From the IMG/VR virus record IMGVR_UViG_3300020045_009122, positions 1-40,916 of that record: 40,916 nucleotides of DNA; one strand, 5' to 3'. A program made the position numbers and the translations under genes. Below the pieces are notes generated by a model. It had not been told where the DNA came from. It saw nothing but the letters and a program-made list of their open reading frames with translations, and did not search any database. Every line of letters begins with the position of its first letter. Position 1 is the stretch's first letter. The stretch is from a virus. Taxonomy: Duplodnaviria > Caudoviricetes. Below, one piece after another: positions 37,670 to 40,916 of the stretch.

Positions 37670-37782
37670 AATGAGCGACCGGAGGCGTAATATGTCAACC
37701 GCATGTCACGAACCAAAACCCAAGGTGACAAAATGAATGACAAACATCAAAAGGCCGGGTTCGCTGCATCGACTAATTCGGA
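37655..37782 (-). repeat. Complete attC-like site (~128 bp), containing direct repeat copy 2 (37721-37765)
   Basis: Minus strand TCCGAAT-TAGTCG-ATGCAGCGA ... TCGCTCAT-TTCAGTC-GTTCGAGCG; ATGCAGCGA pairs with TCGCTCAT leaving one extra C. Confidence 0.65.
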
Positions 37783-37984
37783 GAAATATGACCATGACGA
37801 AGTGCGATGCGATGAGATGGCCGACTCGGACTGCGAGAACAAGTCAGTTGGAGACCCTCGGACATGCTGCGTGTGCGCCGGCCATGATTGCGCCTTGGCA
37901 CGAGCAGAACGCCTGAAGCACCCGGCGCGTATTTCGCCTTTAACGACCGAGTTGAAACACCGAATAATCAGAGATAACAGTTGA
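37733..37984 (+). CDS. Hypothetical Cys-rich protein starting inside the attC-like site
   Basis: ATG within the repeat, preceded by AAGGTG; CCVC..HDC. Confidence 0.4.
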   Translation: MNDKHQKAGFAASTNSEKYDHDEVRCDEMADSDCENKSVGDPRTCCVCAGHDCALARAERLKHPARISPLTTELKHRIIRDNS

Positions 37985-38009
37985 CAATGCGAACTAGCAC
38001 GCATAGAGT
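37981..38009 (+). promoter_or_regulatory. Sigma70-like promoter with inverted repeat in the spacer
   Basis: TTGACA-N17-TAGAGT; ATGCG-N8-CGCAT; ATG 6 nt after the -10 box. Confidence 0.75.
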
Positions 38010-38015
38010 AAGCGT

Positions 38016-38300
38016 ATGAAAGAGACGATACGAATGAAAAAGCAAATCCAAGTGCCGACCAGCCGTGAGCAGGTGGCGCTGGAAGCGCTGCGTGAACTCC
38101 CCGAGGTCAGCGTAGAGAACATCCCTGGCTGGTCGGCGCATGTCGAAGCGTGCAACTGCCTCGCTGCTGCCGAGGCGATGGTAAAGGATGCGGAATCGGC
38201 AATGCACGAGTCGGCCAAAACAATCCGGGCATACATCTCCGCCAACTGGAAGCCGGAAGAAGTAAGTGAAAACGTGCGCTCCGTGATGATGGTGTGGTGA
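38016..38300 (+). CDS. Hypothetical protein
   Basis: 94 aa helical ORF directly after the promoter. Confidence 0.6.
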   Translation: MKETIRMKKQIQVPTSREQVALEALRELPEVSVENIPGWSAHVEACNCLAAAEAMVKDAESAMHESAKTIRAYISANWKPEEVSENVRSVMMVW

Positions 38301-38301
38301 A

Positions 38302-38448
38302 ATGAACAAATGCCCGAAATGCGGCCACGAATGGCCGGACAAGAAACGAGCTAAAGGCGGCAAGGCTCGTTGGAGGGGGATGGGGAAGAAGGCCCGCTCT
38401 GATGCCGCATCAGAAGCCGCGAAAGCACGGTGGGCGAAGCGTCCCTGA
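38302..38448 (+). CDS. 48-aa basic protein CPKCGHEW...KGG...ARWAKR, not in the ORF track
   Basis: Translated by hand: MNKCPKCGHEWPDKKRAKGGKARWRGMGKKARSDAASEAAKARWAKRP. Confidence 0.7.
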   Translation: MNKCPKCGHEWPDKKRAKGGKARWRGMGKKARSDAASEAAKARWAKRP

Positions 38449-38474
38449 CCTGCAAAAAACACCGAATAAAAAAT

Positions 38475-38786
38475 ATGAGCAAAATCGAAATATCCCGATG
38501 CAACCCATGGCTGAAGAAGGTGACGGCGACTCATCCAGTCTATCACTTGGACGGCGACTTCGTCGCCCAATCCCGGCGCGTGAGTCGTCAATACGCCATC
38601 TACGACGTCAACGAGCCCGGGATCTATCAAGGACCCAAGCTCGGCAAGGGGCAGATGGTGGCAGGCAGCCGACGGATAGATAGCGGCCTGATCCGCGTGG
38701 ACGAGGCTGGCGATGTATGCGAGATCACGCTGGACGATGCCCGCGCAGCGTTAGAAGCGACCCTGAAAATGAAGAATACAACCTGA
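38475..38786 (+). CDS. Hypothetical protein
   Basis: ATG after an A-rich tract; PWLKKVT..LDGDFV. Confidence 0.55.
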   Translation: MSKIEISRCNPWLKKVTATHPVYHLDGDFVAQSRRVSRQYAIYDVNEPGIYQGPKLGKGQMVAGSRRIDSGLIRVDEAGDVCEITLDDARAALEATLKMKNTT

Positions 38787-38843
38787 AACTATGATAAAAT
38801 CCACAGCACAAATAACATCGTACGACGACAGTTACATTGACCC
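38758..38843 (+). repeat. 86-bp inverted repeat copy 1
   Basis: Exact reverse complement of 40831-40916. Confidence 0.95.
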
Positions 38844-40071
38844 CAAGGATTACGGAGCAATTGGCGACGGAAAACTGCACCGAGTCGCTCAGCGCTACAA
38901 TTCCCTGGAGGCCGCTCGACTCCGCTGGCCAGGCTGTTCGACGCTCGACGATACGGTCGATTGGTGCGCCGCTCAGACTGCGCTCGATTACGCAGCGATA
39001 CGGATAAAGGAATCGGTGCCTTACTTTGCGGGCGATAGCATTGCGCGCACCGGTAGGAGCTGGTCTCCGACGGTGCGTTTTTCGCCCGGCGATTACGTCA
39101 TCAACCGACCGCTCATGCGGTACCCTCACGTGCCGATTCGCGGAACGAGTTGGAGCAACACCACGATCCGATTAGCCGACGACGGTTGGTCACAGTTCGC
39201 CGACCGATTGACAACCAACCGCCAAGGGACGGTATGGTGTGGCAACATCTCGGGCAAATCCGCCTTGCTCTGGATTCTTTGCGACCAGGAATGGCCAGCC
39301 TTAAGCGGCCGCTATGTGGCGGAAATGGAGGATGAGATCAGCAATCTCACGCTCATTTGTCACGACGGACCGGCGCTCTATTTCGATGGAAACACCAACC
39401 TCGTCAAAATCCACGACCTGAAGATCAAAGGCTACGGCGCCGGGCCGACCGGGATCGGGATCGTTAGCAACAATGCAACCTCGTCCACCCAGATCACCAA
39501 TCTTGCCATCGGCCCGAACGTCGTTATCGAGGGTTGCGTCGCGGCTATCGTCCTTGACAAGGTCGTGGAGGGGAACATCTGCGCGCAGATCGAATCCTGC
39601 CAGAATGGGATATTCGTCGCTCACGGCAAGGGTGTGATCATCTCCGGGTGTGTTCTATCCAATGACATCCCGAACAAACCTTTCGGGAACGGGATTTTCA
39701 TCGGTGTGAGTCAAACGTGCATCGTAGCCAATAACATCATTTCTGACATAGAGCAGAAAGCGATCAAAACACTCGGTGACGTGAACGTGCAAAACAATAA
39801 GATCGTGATCAAGAATGGAGCGCAGATCAACCACTCAGGCTACGCAATCCATATCGTGACTCCTGCGAATCAGTTCGGGGGTGATACCAGCGTGCTCGCC
39901 GGGCTCTACGGGCCGGTCATCATTACCGGCAACTCGCTGCGATGTGATGTCAAGCCAAAATCCAAGCCGTTGCCGGGTTTCCCGAATCCAAAACCACTCG
40001 ATCCAATCTTTTTGGATGAAGCGGCTGGCGAACTAATATATGCACTCGTTAGTGACAACCTTTTGATCTAA
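38791..40071 (+). CDS. Parallel beta-helix (pectate lyase-like) protein, putative depolymerase
   Basis: PKDYGAIGDG..D.CAAQTALD cap, FSPGDYVINRPL, IVANNII / VQNNKI / ITGNSL repeats; no signal peptide. Confidence 0.8.
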   Translation: MIKSTAQITSYDDSYIDPKDYGAIGDGKLHRVAQRYNSLEAARLRWPGCSTLDDTVDWCAAQTALDYAAIRIKESVPYFAGDSIARTGRSWSPTVRFSPGDYVINRPLMRYPHVPIRGTSWSNTTIRLADDGWSQFADRLTTNRQGTVWCGNISGKSALLWILCDQEWPALSGRYVAEMEDEISNLTLICHDGPALYFDGNTNLVKIHDLKIKGYGAGPTGIGIVSNNATSSTQITNLAIGPNVVIEGCVAAIVLDKVVEGNICAQIESCQNGIFVAHGKGVIISGCVLSNDIPNKPFGNGIFIGVSQTCIVANNIISDIEQKAIKTLGDVNVQNNKIVIKNGAQINHSGYAIHIVTPANQFGGDTSVLAGLYGPVIITGNSLRCDVKPKSKPLPGFPNPKPLDPIFLDEAAGELIYALVSDNLLI

Positions 40072-40301
40072 TGACCACCATCCAACTGATCGCCATAGCC
40101 GCGCTGTCCATAGGACTCGCGGGCGTCGCTGTCGTGATCGCTGCCTTAGTCCATCACCGCCGCAATACCTGCTGGACTCAATGTCACAAGTGCGGCGTCC
40201 ATTTCAACTCTTGGGGTGATGTGTGCTCGTACCCGGATCATGGATGGGTCAGGCCGGATCTGGGCACGTGCGGGATGTGCTCGGAGGCTCAAATCAAATG
40301 A
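40071..40301 (+). CDS. Small membrane-anchored Zn-ribbon protein
   Basis: N-terminal TM helix, CHKC and CGMC motifs. Confidence 0.6.
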   Translation: MTTIQLIAIAALSIGLAGVAVVIAALVHHRRNTCWTQCHKCGVHFNSWGDVCSYPDHGWVRPDLGTCGMCSEAQIK

Positions 40302-40305
40302 AGAA

Positions 40306-40473
40306 ATGGAGATTTACGATCAGAAGAACAAAAGGCCTACGACCCCCTACCCGACCACCCTCTGCGAATACTGCGTTTCCCTGGACGAAGTAGCCGAAGC
40401 GGACTGTGCGCTGGCGATCCAGTGGTTAGACGGATTTTTTAGCATCTTAAGGAACGAGATTAAAATGACCTAA
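40306..40473 (+). CDS. Small hypothetical protein
   Basis: 55 aa in-frame part of ORF 40216-40473; weak support. Confidence 0.3.
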   Translation: MEIYDQKNKRPTTPYPTTLCEYCVSLDEVAEADCALAIQWLDGFFSILRNEIKMT

Positions 40474-40830
40474 ATCCTACGAATGTAGGAAGTCTTGGAC
40501 ATCGGTTGGACAATCTGAAACGCAAAACCCGAAAGTTGTGAAATATTTCACAAGCGTAAACGCAAGTGGTTCAAAATCAGGATTACAAAATTAGAGGTTG
40601 ACACTAAAACCCCAACCGTGCTCTTAGTGCTAATGCTGTCCATCCTGCGAAGGTCGAAAGTAGTGCGCTTTCTTTTTCCGTTTTCTTTTTTCAAAGTTGC
40701 GCTTACATGCTTCTCATGTTTGCTCTCGCTTCGCAGTCCCCCTCCGCGCCACGCGACCAGTGAAGTCAATGTCTTCTATGCGGTCGCTATGCCCGACGCG
40801 CCAGAGGGCGGGTTTTGTGCGAATGCGAAT

Positions 40831-40916
40831 GGGTCAATGTAACTGTCGTCGTACGATGTTATTTGTGCTGTGGATTTTATCATAGTTTCAGGTTGTATTC
40901 TTCATTTTCAGGGTCG
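40831..40916 (-). repeat. 86-bp inverted repeat copy 2 (runs to the window end)
   Basis: Exact reverse complement of 38758-38843. Confidence 0.95.

Noticed and set aside
37150-37765. Direct repeats considered as a mini-CRISPR or attL/attR
   Set aside because: Only two copies 571 bp apart, no cas or integrase gene; better explained by the attC-like context
40474-40830. Mostly non-coding T/A-tract region with TTGACA at 40598, possible cos/ori or ncRNA
   Set aside because: No good -10 box at canonical spacing and no convincing RNA structure; function cannot be assigned
1-40916. Diversity-generating retroelement, tRNA genes, integrase
   Set aside because: No reverse transcriptase motif, TR/VR pair, cloverleaf or recombinase motif was recognised by eye

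Overview
A near-complete ~41 kb tailed phage genome (lambda/HK97-like siphovirus architecture). All convincing genes are on the + strand, and no integrase or classical CI repressor is visible. Gene order: TerS/TerL (lambda gpNu1/gpA type), head-completion protein, lambda-type portal, an inserted block of putative head-fibre/LamG genes, fused prohead protease-major capsid, decoration genes, a TPR-GT9/methyltransferase/GT4 cassette, neck and tail genes with a short tape measure, large beta-helix and Ig-repeat adhesin-like proteins, holin-like genes, then an early region (RHH regulator, ERF, YqaJ exonuclease, RusA-like, SF2 helicase, TOPRIM primase) and an accessory region. Most notable: (1) integron attC-like sites delimiting gene cassettes at 35.6-37.8 kb, inverted relative to the genes and with no integrase; (2) six structural-region proteins with Sec-type signal peptides and many N-X-S/T sequons, beside a glycosyltransferase cassette; (3) RusA motifs split between two overlapping frames; (4) a CATTAG-N5-CTAATG palindrome ahead of four late gene blocks; (5) an exact 86-bp inverted repeat that could flip a depolymerase-like gene. 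All product calls come from motif recognition and synteny by eye; no searches were run. The host is unknown (a PVC/Verrucomicrobia-type diderm is only a guess).
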